Shown: piece after piece, positions 38,959-51,302 of the stretch
Position numbering within the stretch: the first letter of the stretch is position 1
Layout of the letters: every line of letters starts with the position of its first letter
Origin: Mytilus edulis
Taxonomy: Eukaryota
DNA: 64,000 nucleotides
NCBI RefSeq assembly: GCF_963676685.1
Contig: NC_092349.1
Location: 44,826,001 to 44,890,000 of the forward strand
Reading direction: 5' to 3'
Program-made: the position numbers and the translations under genes
Notes under the pieces: model-generated
Seen by the model: only the letters and a program-made list of their open reading frames with translations
What the model was told of the DNA's origin: nothing
The model's database searches: none

Positions 38959-40543
38959 TAATTTTAATGTACTTTTTACTATAAATGTGTTACTATAATC
39001 ATTGGTGCTTATTTTATTAATTTAGAAGTAGCTTGTATCTCTGACATGTGAACTACATTTAGATACATATACATTCATATTTATACTAGTGGTAAATAAT
39101 AGACAATGAACATGTGGTTTTGAATACAACTCATATCAGAGAAATATAAGTTCTTTTCTTGACCTATATGCACATGGTTGAGGTATAGTAAGATAGTACC
39201 AGGTGGGAATGAAAACAGATTGAAATTTTACAAAAAAATTTATATTCTCAGAAAAATAAATCAGATTTGAAGTTATGAAAAGCCCAGCTTCATTGCACTT
39301 TGTGTGCACTCATCAGATACTTCCAAAATATATGATCTGAATGAATTCTGGTGTTTAATGCCACTTTCAGCCCACTTGGTTACTGTAAATGTAGAAATTA
39401 ATGCAAGGTTTTTATTATTGCGAAAAATGCGACAGAGTTGTATACACAATAATTTAAACTGGCATTTTGAAATATTTTATATGAATTAAACAGGATTCTT
39501 CTCAAACTGGGCTGGTGATCAAGTGTTCACAAATAGTGCTTCAAACAAGGATATATGGATCTGGATGTTCATGCAACTTGTTATACCAAATATTTAAAAT
39601 ATTCTGTTTCTGAGATAAAGATAATTTAAATTCAGCTTTAAGCAATAAAAGTAAGAAAAATGCCCCCCTCCCCTTTTCTGCTAAGATTGTTGTATGTGAG
39701 GCTTATTTGATATAATTTCATGTTACGAGCTAAAATGCATAAAAAAAAAATACCTGACGCTAAAGAATAGAAAACAAAGAAATATTAATTTATAAAATAA
39801 ATACATTGTAAAATTAAGAGCATTTAGACACATATTGCATCTGGCCTAAAAAATGTGAATTTTTGAGAACTGCTTTTATTTTACATCGTATAAACAATAT
39901 TGGGAAATATTGCTTAAGCAAAATAAATAAATAAGACCAGATTCACAATTTTTGTTTATACATAATTTGCAGAAAATTCACAAAAAGGAAGCAATGTCAA
40001 TTTTATTCAGTTATCTATTTAGAATTCCTTATTGGTAACATTGGCTGCATTAACATTAATTTATAAAATTTTCTTTTATCATTGTTTATTAGTGTTTTTA
40101 ATAGCTATTTACATCATTTCAACAAATTTCACCAATTATTAATTGTGATTCTGATGAATTTGTACTATTTCAGTCCAAAATTTGATTCAAAACAAGCAAA
40201 ATAAAATAATTTTACAAAATCAACTAATGTTTTAATGATGTGTTGCAATGGAATATATTCAAATTGGAAATTTGGTTTTTATTTCATGAACACCTATTGT
40301 CTAATTCATGTGAAGGCAAGTTTAAAACTGAGAACAAATTTTGGGCCTTAATATTAATCCATTACAGAATTTTCAATGCTTTTATATGATACATTTATAA
40401 TCATAATCCAAATATCTTTTTAACCGAAAATTCCAATTTATGTAATTTAAAAAAAAATCAATTTGTACTAATTAAATATTCATAAGAAAACAAATTTCAC
40501 CATTCTTTTCAGTAAGTCATAGTTTCTTATAATTTTAATAGCT

Positions 40544-40855
40544 TCATTTGTTTCTTATGATTTTGATAGCTTCATTTGGTAAATCAGCCCTCGATGGGTA
40601 AACAGCTTTCATATTCCCTTCAGTATCTAAAATTTGCACTTGCTCCACAATCAATGTCTTCTGAACTCTTTTTGAAGCCTCATTTTGAGTTTCAGTGTCA
40701 ACAGCGCCCCCTTCAGCACCTTCCTCTTCTGGTTTAGGTGTACCAAGTCCCATATCTAACATCCTGTACAACAATTCATCCATGACCTTCTTACATGTGT
40801 CAAGGTTCAAATGGCTGGTCACCTCTATAAACAAATCTGTTGTATCTTTGGTTAT
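40544..40855 (-). CDS. LRRC47: LRRC47 exon 5 (terminal)
   Basis: ITKDTTDLFIEVTSHLNLDTCKKVMDELL...LIVEQVQILDTEGNMKAVYPSRADL...*. tttcag acceptor. Confidence 0.92.
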   Translation of the reverse strand: MTKDTTDLFIEVTSHLNLDTCKKVMDELLYRMLDMGLGTPKPEEEGAEGGAVDTETQNEASKRVQKTLIVEQVQILDTEGNMKAVYPSRADLPNEAIKIIRNK

Positions 40856-41168
40856 CTGAAATGATTGAAAAAAGTATGATTGTTGTTTCATTTGATTTTT
40901 TTCCCCCCATTAACATGCAGTTATGAAGTGCATTTAAATCACAACTTCATAATCAATATAAAAATATGGAGAATCAGATGAATTCTTTTAGAAAGTCAGA
41001 TGTTTCCAAATATTTTACTCCTCTATGAGTTACATATGTTTTATAAACATGATCTAATTAACATACTAATTTTGATGACTTTCAATATGTAAAAAGATCT
41101 CTTCAAGTAGGGGACTTATAATCTATTATGAATGTTAATTGTTTCAGATTTGAATTCATTGCCATTAA

Positions 41169-41406
41169 GGTGGTACCTAATACTACAGGGAGATAACTCT
41201 GTAAAGTTAGCTCTAAACGTTTTAATTATGTTGTGTTGGAAAAGGAATATTAAGCTTCTCAATGATCAAAATTGGTGTTTGTCAAACTGCTATAAAATTT
41301 TTGAAATTTTTATATTTTTGTTAAAGGATCAAAGTAAATAATTTTACAAAATTTTATGAAAATTAAACGAGCCAAATTAATTTTAGTGGAAGTGTTGGGT
41401 ACCACC
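41169..41406. mobile_element. Kolobok-like MITE, TSD TTAA
   Basis: GGTGGTACC / GGTACCACC with TTAA on both sides. A related internal fragment lies at about 14690-14835. Confidence 0.8.
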
Positions 41407-42204
41407 TTAATATCTAAATATATAGTGAAACTCATTCAAAGCATTAAGGTAAGTGTTATAACTATTATTATAAATCATGTAAATACGTAAAGAGATTTTC
41501 TATACACATGATACATGCAGTTTCCTAAGATGCTAAGGGAGATAATTCTTCAATGCACATAAATCTTTGTATAATTAATTAAACATATGGATTGATATTT
41601 CCTTCATGCATCATTTTTTATAGTATTACGTAAACATGTAAAACAGGCAAATAAAATAATGCATATTTTAAAAACTGGCAAATAAAATAATGCATATTTT
41701 AAAACGGGCAAATATAATAAATATCAGTCAAATAAAATACATTTTTTTTTTAAATTTTCTAACACCATTCACTTTTATGACTTCAGAAATTTAGAACTTT
41801 TAAAACTCTGAATTAAAAATCCTTTTGGGTTTAGGTAGTTATGTAATGATAGCTTTCACCATTGAAACTTGTGTTTTCAAACGAGTAATGGTTTTCCTCC
41901 AGCTTTAAAGTAACTGTTAACTGATAATGGACAGCAACACTTGGATTATCATGGAAATTTATAGTTAATTGATGTTCAAATCTTATAAATCAACTTGAAA
42001 TAAATAATTACAAATGAATTAAGGAAACAACTAAGGGAGTCATAACTCTAAATGGAGCTTGTCTTGTCTCCGTATGAACCTCATTTAAATAGGAGCACCA
42101 CCATGAGTTATGGTGCAAGGCAGCCGTGGTTGGAAAGGTTAATTCATACACATTTGTAAAATTGTTGTCAGATGAATGCTTAGATTAAAATAATAAAATT
42201 AAAG

Positions 42205-42342
42205 TAGTGGCTGATCCAGAACATTTTGTAAGGGGAGCCACTGACTAATCTGGGGGTGGGGTGGGGGGTCCAGTCATGCTTCAAAGATTCCCTACATAAT
42301 CAATTTTTTTTCAAAAAAGGGGCCCCCCAGGATCCGCCTATG
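42205..42342. mobile_element. CAG-type MITE in LRRC47 intron 4, imperfect 5-bp TSD TAAAG/TTAAG
   Basis: TAGTGGCTGATCCAG...GGATCCGCCTATG. Internal sequence matches 11338-11483. Confidence 0.75.
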
Positions 42343-42345
42343 TTA

Positions 42346-42597
<252 letters not shown>

Positions 42598-42789
42598 TTA
42601 GAATTTAGATTCTTGAAAATCTTCTACATGTTCTACAGCATCTTAAATCATCCTGGATAAAAGAAAGATTAATTTCTGGTATCTTTATGCTATATTGAGG
42701 TAAATATCAAAAATAACATTAGTCTTTTTTTTATAGAAAAATGTGTAAATAATATTGCCATACCATTTTAAGGTTTACTTTTGCAGAAT

Positions 42790-43163
42790 ATATAATAATC
42801 CTTATTTGTCATATAAGTAACATTATACGTGTGACATAAACAAAAGTAACAACAACAATAAAATAACTGAGTTAAACACACACATATCTATATATATATA
42901 TACAAGTAAAACTAACTAAGAGTCCCCTGTCCTCAGCTCTAAAGACTGTTTTATAAAGGAACCTGTTTTTTTTTTCACTTGGTTTATATTAGAAGGATTT
43001 AGTAGGACTACTAGTTTTTCAGTATCAGATAGATTTGGAAACATAGGATTATCTATTGCCATGTCATTAAAAAGTTTTATTCGTAAAACATTATTAATTT
43101 GACAGTGGAGGAGAAAGTGATTTTCATCTTCTAAGGTTTTACAAGTTGGACATGTTCTATTGT
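42790..43163 (-). mobile_element. 3' end of the same LINE: CCHC zinc-knuckle C-terminus, stop codon, 3' UTR and (ATT)n-like tail
   Basis: Hand translation RTCPTCKTLEDENHFLLHC...GSFIKQSLELRTGDS* (TAG at 42916-42918), in frame with the upstream part once the hAT and one TSD are removed. Confidence 0.88.
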
Positions 43164-46100
43164 CAGGGGTGTGGAAATATTTGTTGGGAGCGCTTGTCCC
43201 AGGGCAAGTAAAACTGTAAATTCTACTTGTCCGGAAAAAAAGTTACTTGCCCTGAAAGTTCTTATAAAAATTGAAGTATTTTCCTGTTTAAAGCTTGCAC
43301 GTTTCTTAGCACTGTTTTGCATCAAAAAATAAATTTGAGGGCAGTGAGTGAAGAAGAGAAAACTAAATTATAGATTAACTACTGAATTTTAATCTATCAT
43401 GTTAATTGTTATTATCATACAATTGATAAAAAAAATATTTTTGATAAAACAACCTGTTTTATTGAATAAAATAAAATGTCAAAGAAGTTTCTAGTTTGTT
43501 TTTCAAAGAGTTCAAGCATTTTTACATCAAGCTGCATTGATCTGATCCAGATGGTTCACTACTAGCCATTTCTTTAAGTTTGGCTCGTGCAGCTTCTTCC
43601 CCACCAAGTGACTTAACTAAGTCCTGCAAAAGAGGTCTGACATTTGTTACATCTCTATCTTGAGAATGACTTGCAACAGCTTCAGAAGTTGCTTTAACTG
43701 GCAGTTTGTGAGTTAAATGTCTGTTGCCTGATTTTAACCAATATACAACTGATGGTCTAGGATCAAATTCCTTTATACTGACACCATTTACAACAATTTG
43801 CATTTGATTTTGTAGATTTTCCTGTGTTAATTTGCTTCTCAGAGGACTTTTTATTATGTTCATTTGTGAAAAAACTCTTTCACATGCTGCTGATGAGGAA
43901 GATATGGTCAGCATTATTTCAATGAGAACATTAATATTTCTAAAGGAGTCATCTTGCTGCCTTTTTAAAAGGTCACAATATACAATTAGTGGGTAGTTAT
44001 CTTTCTGAAACGAAACTTGAACTTTTAATGTCTGCCATTCTTCATGTGCATTTTTAGATTCCTCATCAGAAATAACACCACTGAAAAGTTAATTGACAAA
44101 GTGATTTAATGTCTGAGTTACCAAATAAACTGAGTTCTGTCAATCTGTGTGGCCATGCCCAAAAATCAAAAACTTTGAAATGGGATAGTGGGGGGATATC
44201 AAAATCAGAAAACCTTTTCAAAACATAATTTCCAATTTTTTCCAAAAGTGTGGAAACATCTTTGTCATCTTTGAAAGGAATCAGGTTCCCTTTAAGTGCA
44301 AGTCTACCGTCAAACATTTTAGTTTCAACATCATATTTCTCATAGAATACAGAGAGATTTTCACTAGGTTCCTGTCTCATAGCATGGATCTTGGAAAATA
44401 GAGTATCCATAGCTGCCTTTACTTCAAAAATCATTAAATCCTTGACCTGAAACAACTTTGAAGTTGCAGATATTGCACCCAAAACATCAAGCATGTCATT
44501 GAGATGGATATATTTTACAAATTTGACCTGTGTTAGGTCACCAAGAATAGCCTTGGCCTGCCCAATTTCATCACAACGTTTGGATTTATTTAAAATTTCT
44601 TCCATGTGTGAGGCTGTAATATGTAAATCTTGACAAACAGCTGTAAGAGCCCTGCTTTTTGAGCTTACCCATCTGACAGCTTTTATTTCTGTATGCATCA
44701 ACAAGTCTTCATCAAATTTTGGCTAAGTTTTTAAGCTCACTCTTCGTTTTGGACTAAAGGAATAAAACTTACAGATACGTTTCAATTCAACTTCAATTTT
44801 TTTCAAATATACAACATCCTTAACAGCATCCAAAATTCCAAGTTCCAGTTTATGGGCAACACAGTGCATAACAATTACTTTGTTGTTAACCTGGTCATTT
44901 ATCTGTTTGGCAACACCATTTTTAGCCCCCATATTGACAGCTGCACCATCCATGTTAACACAGACAATTTTTGGTTGACCTTCAACCTCATTATTACCTA
45001 AATTTATGCCACACTTTGACACACCTGACTTTATTGCAGCATATACACCATCTGCAGTTGCACTTTCTAGATTTTCAATCCTAGCAAGTATAGTTACTGG
45101 TTCGTGTGTCTCAGGGTGGACATATCTGATAAGAACACTTTCTTGTTCCGTCACTGCATGACGAGTCGGTGCTACCGTCTGACATAATAGATATGAACCT
45201 TACCAACTTCATATGTTCTTTTGTTTTGTCAGAAAGAACTCCAGATATGGCTGTCAAGAAATTAACACAGGCATCCCGTCCAAGGTGGTCATTGCCTAGT
45301 TGCATACCATTTTTTATTTGAATGTCACACATAAAACTATAGTCAGAAAATGGTCGATTGTTTTTGACAACTGCATATGCTGTGTTGAAAAGTTTTTCAT
45401 ACATATCAACCTCAGACTGATTGACTTTAGCCAAAGCCCTGTCCATTTCTCCAGAAACCTGTTTTGTTTTATTTGTTTCTCTTAACTGACAAGCTTGGTG
45501 CTTTGCTGAAAAATGATGGGCAGTTAATGTGTCCCTTCTATCTACTACTTTCCCAACAAATAAAGTTGACTTTTGATCGGCAAGTGTTGGATGTTTTCTA
45601 CATATTATACAAAAATTTAATTTATTTTCCGTATTTTCTTCCGTAGAGAGCCAGGGGAACTCTGCTAACCAAGATGGTTGAAAATTCTCGCTTACGTTTT
45701 TTTTTTTCATACTCTTTGTCCTTCTCCGCCTGCGTTTTACGTTTTTTATTCGACTCTGCGACTTTGTCTGCATAATTTGCCCAGTAGTTTAATTAAGTAT
45801 TTGTCCATCGTATTACTGGCCACAGACCACAATTAAATTCTCTATTAGTTCTTTATAACGTTTTGTTTCATTAAAAAAATTGCACCTAATCTTTTTGTCA
45901 AATTTTTTGTGTGTGTAAAGTACAGTTTTAGTCCAAAACTATATCCAAAATTCAGAAAGATTGCTCCTCTGTATTTTACAAATTCAGCTAATACACATCT
46001 ATACCCCTATGGACAAGTCAAAAGATGTTCCGAAAACTGTAAATATCACCTTTTTGCACCTGGCCTAATCACTCTTTCCATATCAAAATCAGTTAAAATA

Positions 46101-46674
46101 AAACATCCAACAGTTTATTTTACCTCTCTTCTTTCATTTCCACCCCAGAAAAGCTAAGAAATGTATGAGAAAGGGAAAGAAAAAAAATTAAGAAAAAATA
46201 CACTATAATTAAAGGGAACTTAAAGACAACGAAAAGTGGGATCATTAATTGTGGGCCTACTAGGATATGGACTAAAGGTAAATGACACTTCCGTTTTAGA
46301 ATGGATAAAACCTAGTCGACGATCCCGGGTCAATGGACAAAGACAACGCAGTATTTACGAGACCTGGGTTCGCATACTTATTTTATTTTAATTTGTTTAT
46401 CGATCTTTTACCGGTGTTTTTTTTTAATATTTATCGTCATGAACATTGATGTTTAAACTTAAATATATGTGTTTTAATTTTTACCATTGGTTTCCTTTAC
46501 ATAAAATTAAACTGCTTTATAAGTTTGAAAAATAATTATATATTTTTGTATGAATTCAACTTTGTCTAATATTATTTTTTACTTGTCCACGGGCAACCCA
46601 GACAAAAAAGTCACTTGTCCGGATGATCAAATGTACGAGTCGGGCGAGTCGGGCATAGCATTTCCACACCCCTG
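43164..46674 (-). mobile_element. hAT DNA transposon (ZNF862-like transposase, frameshifted), 15-bp TIRs, 5-bp TSD ATTGT
   Basis: TIRs CAGGGGTGTGGAAAT / ATTTCCACACCCCTG. ATTGT at 43159-43163 and 46675-46679. Subterminal CTTGTCC/GGGCAAG repeats at both ends. Confidence 0.92.
43522..45773 (-). pseudogene. Frameshifted hAT transposase (TTF-type zinc finger, DDE core, C-terminal dimerisation domain)
   Basis: Consecutive ORFs carry FQPSWLAEFPWL..FCIICRKH, ISIMSDGSTD, MDGAAVNMG, HCVAHKLEL (CxxH), VRWVS and SSSAACERVFSQMNIIKS. At least 3 frame breaks. Confidence 0.9.
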
Positions 46675-46679
46675 ATTGT

Positions 46680-47835
46680 CTCGAGGTATTTTTAGATATC
46701 TGCCCTTCTCAATAAGCAAATTATGGTCATTAATTCTAATTTTTGTAAATAAACGTCTAGTTTCAAAATTGTGATATTTTAGATAAAATTCTTGGTCTTG
46801 TTTGACTTTAATATTTTTGTAAAGAAAAAGTTTGTTATTTTCATTCAAACTATTAATTTTATTTTCCAGTAGTTCTGAATAAAATCTACTTGTAATATTC
46901 TTAATCCAAGTCTTTAGTTTGTTAACTTGTTCCATATTTTGACAGGACATTACTTTTTGTATATCAATATTCATTTCTTGTGTTGAATCTTTTATAAAAG
47001 TGGACCAAGTATAAACTCCTTGTGAATCAAGGTGTTTACTTAATGTATAACTTTCTTTTAGCAATGGGTTTATGTTTTCAGTATTTAATCTAGCCCAATA
47101 AAGAATTGCTTGTGTTTTTATATATTTTTCTATTGGTTGTCTACCAAGTTCAGCTTTAACACCTAAATTAGCAGATGTTTTTTTAGTACCTAAAATATAT
47201 CTACAGAAATTATTATGAACCTTTTCGAAGGGAGTCTTATCCAAATATTGGAAATTATCTATATCTTTGTTTTGGGTTTTTAATCTGCCTTTTGCTCTAT
47301 AATAAGATTGATATGTATCCATGTATGATATTTCAGCATTATATGTTAAAATTGGTTTTATAAGAGAATCAAAAAGATTACAGGATACATTAACAGGAAA
47401 ATTTCCCAAAAAGGCTGCATGTGTTTTTAATGAAAACAGTGCTTTCCTAGCTTTTTTGGTTAAATCTGTTAAACTTGCATTTAGATTTTCATTATTTTTT
47501 ATCAGAGTGCCCAGAAATTTATACTCAGTAACGTTATCAATTTTTTCATTATTGAACCTTACAATGTATGGTTCCAGTTTTGTAGTTCTTTGTTCAATGA
47601 TCATTGTTTTTGTTTTTTTAGTATTTAGACATAACTGCCATTTTTCACAGTAATTTGATAAGTTATTTAAGCTATTTTGAAGACCTTCTTTACTTTCGGA
47701 TAAAATTATAAGGTCATCGGCAAACAAAAGACTTCCTATATCAGAATTTAATATTCTCAAGAGTTTTGAACCTTTATGGTCAAAATTTTCAACTATATCA
47801 TTAATAAATAAATTGAAGAGTGTGGGACTAATACT
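46680..47835 (-). mobile_element. 5'-truncated LINE ORF2 (RT and downstream region, RTE-X-like by inference), part upstream of the hAT insertion
   Basis: Motifs SPTLFNLFIND, LLFADDLII, YKFLG, ELGRQP and RINDHNLLIEKGRYLKIPRDN. Confidence 0.88.
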
Positions 47836-48171
47836 GTAGCTGTATAGTGTCATGTTGATTACTTTGTGAATTCAAAATGGTTTTGTCCAGTTTGTTACAT
47901 TTTGATACACCACATGTTGAATAACCCTGCTGACTACCATATTTAATCTTCTCTTGTTAGTTAAATTTTAAATGTTTAATTGCTCAAGTAACTTGGCATT
48001 TTTAAGCCTGAGAATTTAGCTATCTTAAGAGAGAATTTCCTATATAACCATTGATAACCTTCTTGTTGATGTGGCAGAGTTTATAATTACATGTAGCACT
48101 ATGATATATATGTTTTATAACCTGCTAATACAAAAGACAAAATTATGGCATGTAAATGTTATATTTAAGAA

Positions 48172-48310
48172 TTGAATGCTTCTTTTTGTAACTTTATTGG
48201 GGTGTAAAAGCGTTGACCGAAGTATATTTTGTATGAAGCGCTTCATTCTAAAAAAGTGTGCACCGTCAACGCTTTTACAACCCTATGAAGTTACAAAAAG
48301 AAGCATTCAA
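48172..48310. repeat. Long imperfect inverted repeat (fold-back), part of an interspersed element extending to about 48525
   Basis: TTGAATGCTTCTTTTTGTAACTT..GTAAAAGCGTTGAC pairs with GTCAACGCTTTTAC..AAGTTACAAAAAGAAGCATTCAA. Confidence 0.8.
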
Positions 48311-48629
48311 CACTTATAATTACATTATTTAGCTAGGATCATGAAAACACGATTTACATCAAGTTTCTTTTTAATTTACCTGTGCACTTTATTATGGGAC
48401 TTCCTGTCATCATGAATTATAAGTTTTATTGTGTAATGCAATTGCTTAAGGAATAACATGTGATGTGCAGTTAGCCAATCAGAATAATTTACGTATTATA
48501 ATGAAACATACATCTAATGTAATTATCACAAAGTCACATCTTATAGGTGTGCACTTTGAATTTATCTTACTCATTCTATTAATGGTCATAATTTTCAATC
48601 ATCATTCATAACAATAAACAAGCCCTTAC

Positions 48630-48748
48630 TTATGTATGCCTGACACTGTGTTTCTCTTCTTTTCTTTCCGCTGCTCTTCTGCTTCTCTGTTCAAATCTGT
48701 CACTAGCTTTTCACCAGACACTTCTTTTTGTTTAAATAATGGAGTAAT
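48630..48748 (-). CDS. LRRC47: LRRC47 exon 3 (119 nt)
   Basis: ITPLFKQKEVSGEKLVTDLNREAEEQRKEKKRNTVSGIH(K). ag/GTAAG boundaries, phase 0 to 2. Confidence 0.9.
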
Positions 48749-49494
48749 CTATAAAAGAAAAATCCATCAAAAACAGAATACTATGGTAATGGACCATTTT
48801 CATATTACAGACTTTTGACTGCAGGTTCTACAATTATTATACTGGTTACATACTTTAGAGGGGGGGCAAGGGGTTTAACTGTTTTGCTGTTATGGGGCAA
48901 TTTAATTCTTTGTTATCTGTTATTCTGAAAATATATTTGCTGTTAGCTGTTATTGTCTTATTCATTGTTAGCTGTTATTGGGCTTTTAGTTTTTTTGTTA
49001 TCTGTTATTGTGATAATGTATTTGCTGTTAACTGTTATTGAAAATTGGAATGTTAGCATTTTTTTGACAGTCAATATTCGGTAGAAATTGAAGATCATTG
49101 GACATTAGGGTCTACCAATAGTAATATGTTGGTCCAGTATTCGGAGAGGGATTCCATTAACATATACCCATTACAGAAGTGAGGTCCAGGACAATTCCAG
49201 TATATCTTATGATTATCCTTTGTAATAAATTCCATTTTTTTTTTGGAATATGTATTTAGAATTATCTTGTTTTTTTGTATGAGGATAATGTTCCTTGTTT
49301 CCCGTACCAACATATTAAATCAGAACGATTATTAATATGACAAAAAGGAAAACATATGGCCAGGATTATCTGACAAGAATCTCAATTAAGGACTAGGTCC
49401 TTACAACCAGTTAACCTTTTAGATAATATGGTACATTGACTCAGCTCTGTGATTCTCTTCAAAACAGAACCAAACACATTGTACAATGAAAGTT

Positions 49495-49860
49495 CCAACC
49501 ATGTACTGGGTCCCGAAGCAGCACATAGCTGATTACAAACAAAGATTTATTTCGTCTTCAAGCCATTGCTCCCCTATTAAACTATGTATTCTACTTACTA
49601 GTACACTTGGTCCAATCAATAGCCTGATAAAAAATTGTTCAAATTGAGCCTTTGAAAATAATGGAATAAATTACTTTTGGAGTGTCAAAATTGGTTTGAG
49701 GTACTTGAAAAGTTGCATGCTTATAATTGGTGCTTTTGATTTTTCTACCCTATAAACTGACCACTTTGCCTCATAGTTTTATTAAGAAAAATTCACACAC
49801 CTCATTAGATGGGCATTTAAAAAAGTCAGAATGCGAATATATATATTCAAACTATCTTAG
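49495..49860 (+). mobile_element. Decayed Penelope-like RT fragment
   Basis: PTMYWVPKQHIADYKQRFISSSSHCS (compare YWxPKxHK..RFI), FWSVK and FDFSTL. Confidence 0.7.
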
Positions 49861-50061
49861 GTAATTTTAGTAGCAACAAACACAAGAACTATGTGAATTG
49901 AATACCATAATAGCCCTTGAATTTTTACTAGATATCATTTTTGTCTCTTTGACATATTCCTCATTTCCATTCTCAATTTTATTACACACTATTTAAATTA
50001 CAAGCATGTGTGAGTTTCTATAACTGTATAAAAATAGATGCTGAAAAAAAGTATTCTATAA

Positions 50062-51302
50062 CAAATAAACAGCTACGCCATGAGCGCATGATACGTCCAT
50101 CGCCCTTTTTGAAAGATTCGATTACTTCTTTATGTCATATCAGATATTTATAAAAATTGAAAGGGAGCTTCAGTCAATATAAATAAACAATACACCAAAG
50201 TTTCATGAGAACTGCTGAAAAAAAAATTCAGTTATTGACCGAAAACTTGAAATACCACCTTTTTTAATGAATAAAACCCCTTAACTCAATAACATAAAAT
50301 CTAAAATTAATCAAAATAGAAAGGGCGCTTATGCAACAGAAAAGTTTAATGAGAACTGCTGAAAACGTTTTTGTGTTATTATGTCCGAAAACTGGAAAAT
50401 CACCCCTTTTTAATTAACAAAACCCCTTAAGGGCATACGATACAGTTTTGATTCTGTATTTACAGTTTGATGAAAATTTCATATAGGCTAGTTTTTGCCT
50501 GCTTAAATCAAATATGTAATAAAAAATATACCTTCATGTGCTACTTTTTGAGTTTATAAATGAGGTCGAAATTTTGTATATTTGCTCAAAATTCGGATTT
50601 GTGGCCGTATTTTCCCTTTCGAAAGAAAGCCATAACTTTTTTGTTTTAAAAGATAAACACAAATTGTTTTTTGTTAGATAATTTGTAATTTTCGTATTTT
50701 ATAAGTATCCTAAAAAAATATGCATTTTTTATTCAGAAATAACTCGTATTTATCAAATGGTCATGAATTAAGAAGAAATCATATTTTTTTGCTGTATATT
50801 TATCAAAATTGAAAAAATTCCTCTATCTACAGTTTTATAAAATTTGGTCCACATAATCTCCCTGCAAAATGAAACAAAATGACGTTTTAAAAAATAGGGG
50901 TCCATGCACTTGTTTTCAAATTAAATCAGTTTGAATGATAAAAAATATCGTATGCCCTTAACTCGGAAACGTAAAATCTGAAATTTATAAAAATTGAAAG
51001 GGAGCTCATGACAATAGATAGTAACAATTCACCAAAATTCCTTGCAAATTTGTGAAAGGATTTTTGAGATATTATCAGAAAACTGAAAAAAACCCACCAT
51101 TTTTATTGAATAAAACCCCATTACTCAGAAACTTAAAATCTGAAAATTATGAAATACGAAGGCCGGAGCTCACGTCAATAGATATAAACAATTTCCAAAA
51201 GTTTTATGCAAATTGGTTAAAGAGTGTTGGAGTTAATATTCGACATGTTGACGACAGACGGACAACAGTATTCCATAATACGTCCTGTAAACGAGCGTAT
51301 AA
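50062..51302 (+). mobile_element. HINE-like element interrupted by the Kolobok-like element
   Basis: ATACGTCC motif near both ends, repeated AAGGGAGCT cores, GACAGACGGAC tract, ending ACGAGCGTATAAAAA. Confidence 0.6.
50431..50957. mobile_element. Kolobok-like non-autonomous element, TSD TTAA
   Basis: GGGCATACGATA / TATCGTATGCCC with TTAA on both sides. Confidence 0.8.

Noticed and set aside
43522-45773. Domesticated ZNF862 host gene
   Set aside because: Intact TIRs, a TSD and multiple frameshifts show it is a transposon copy.
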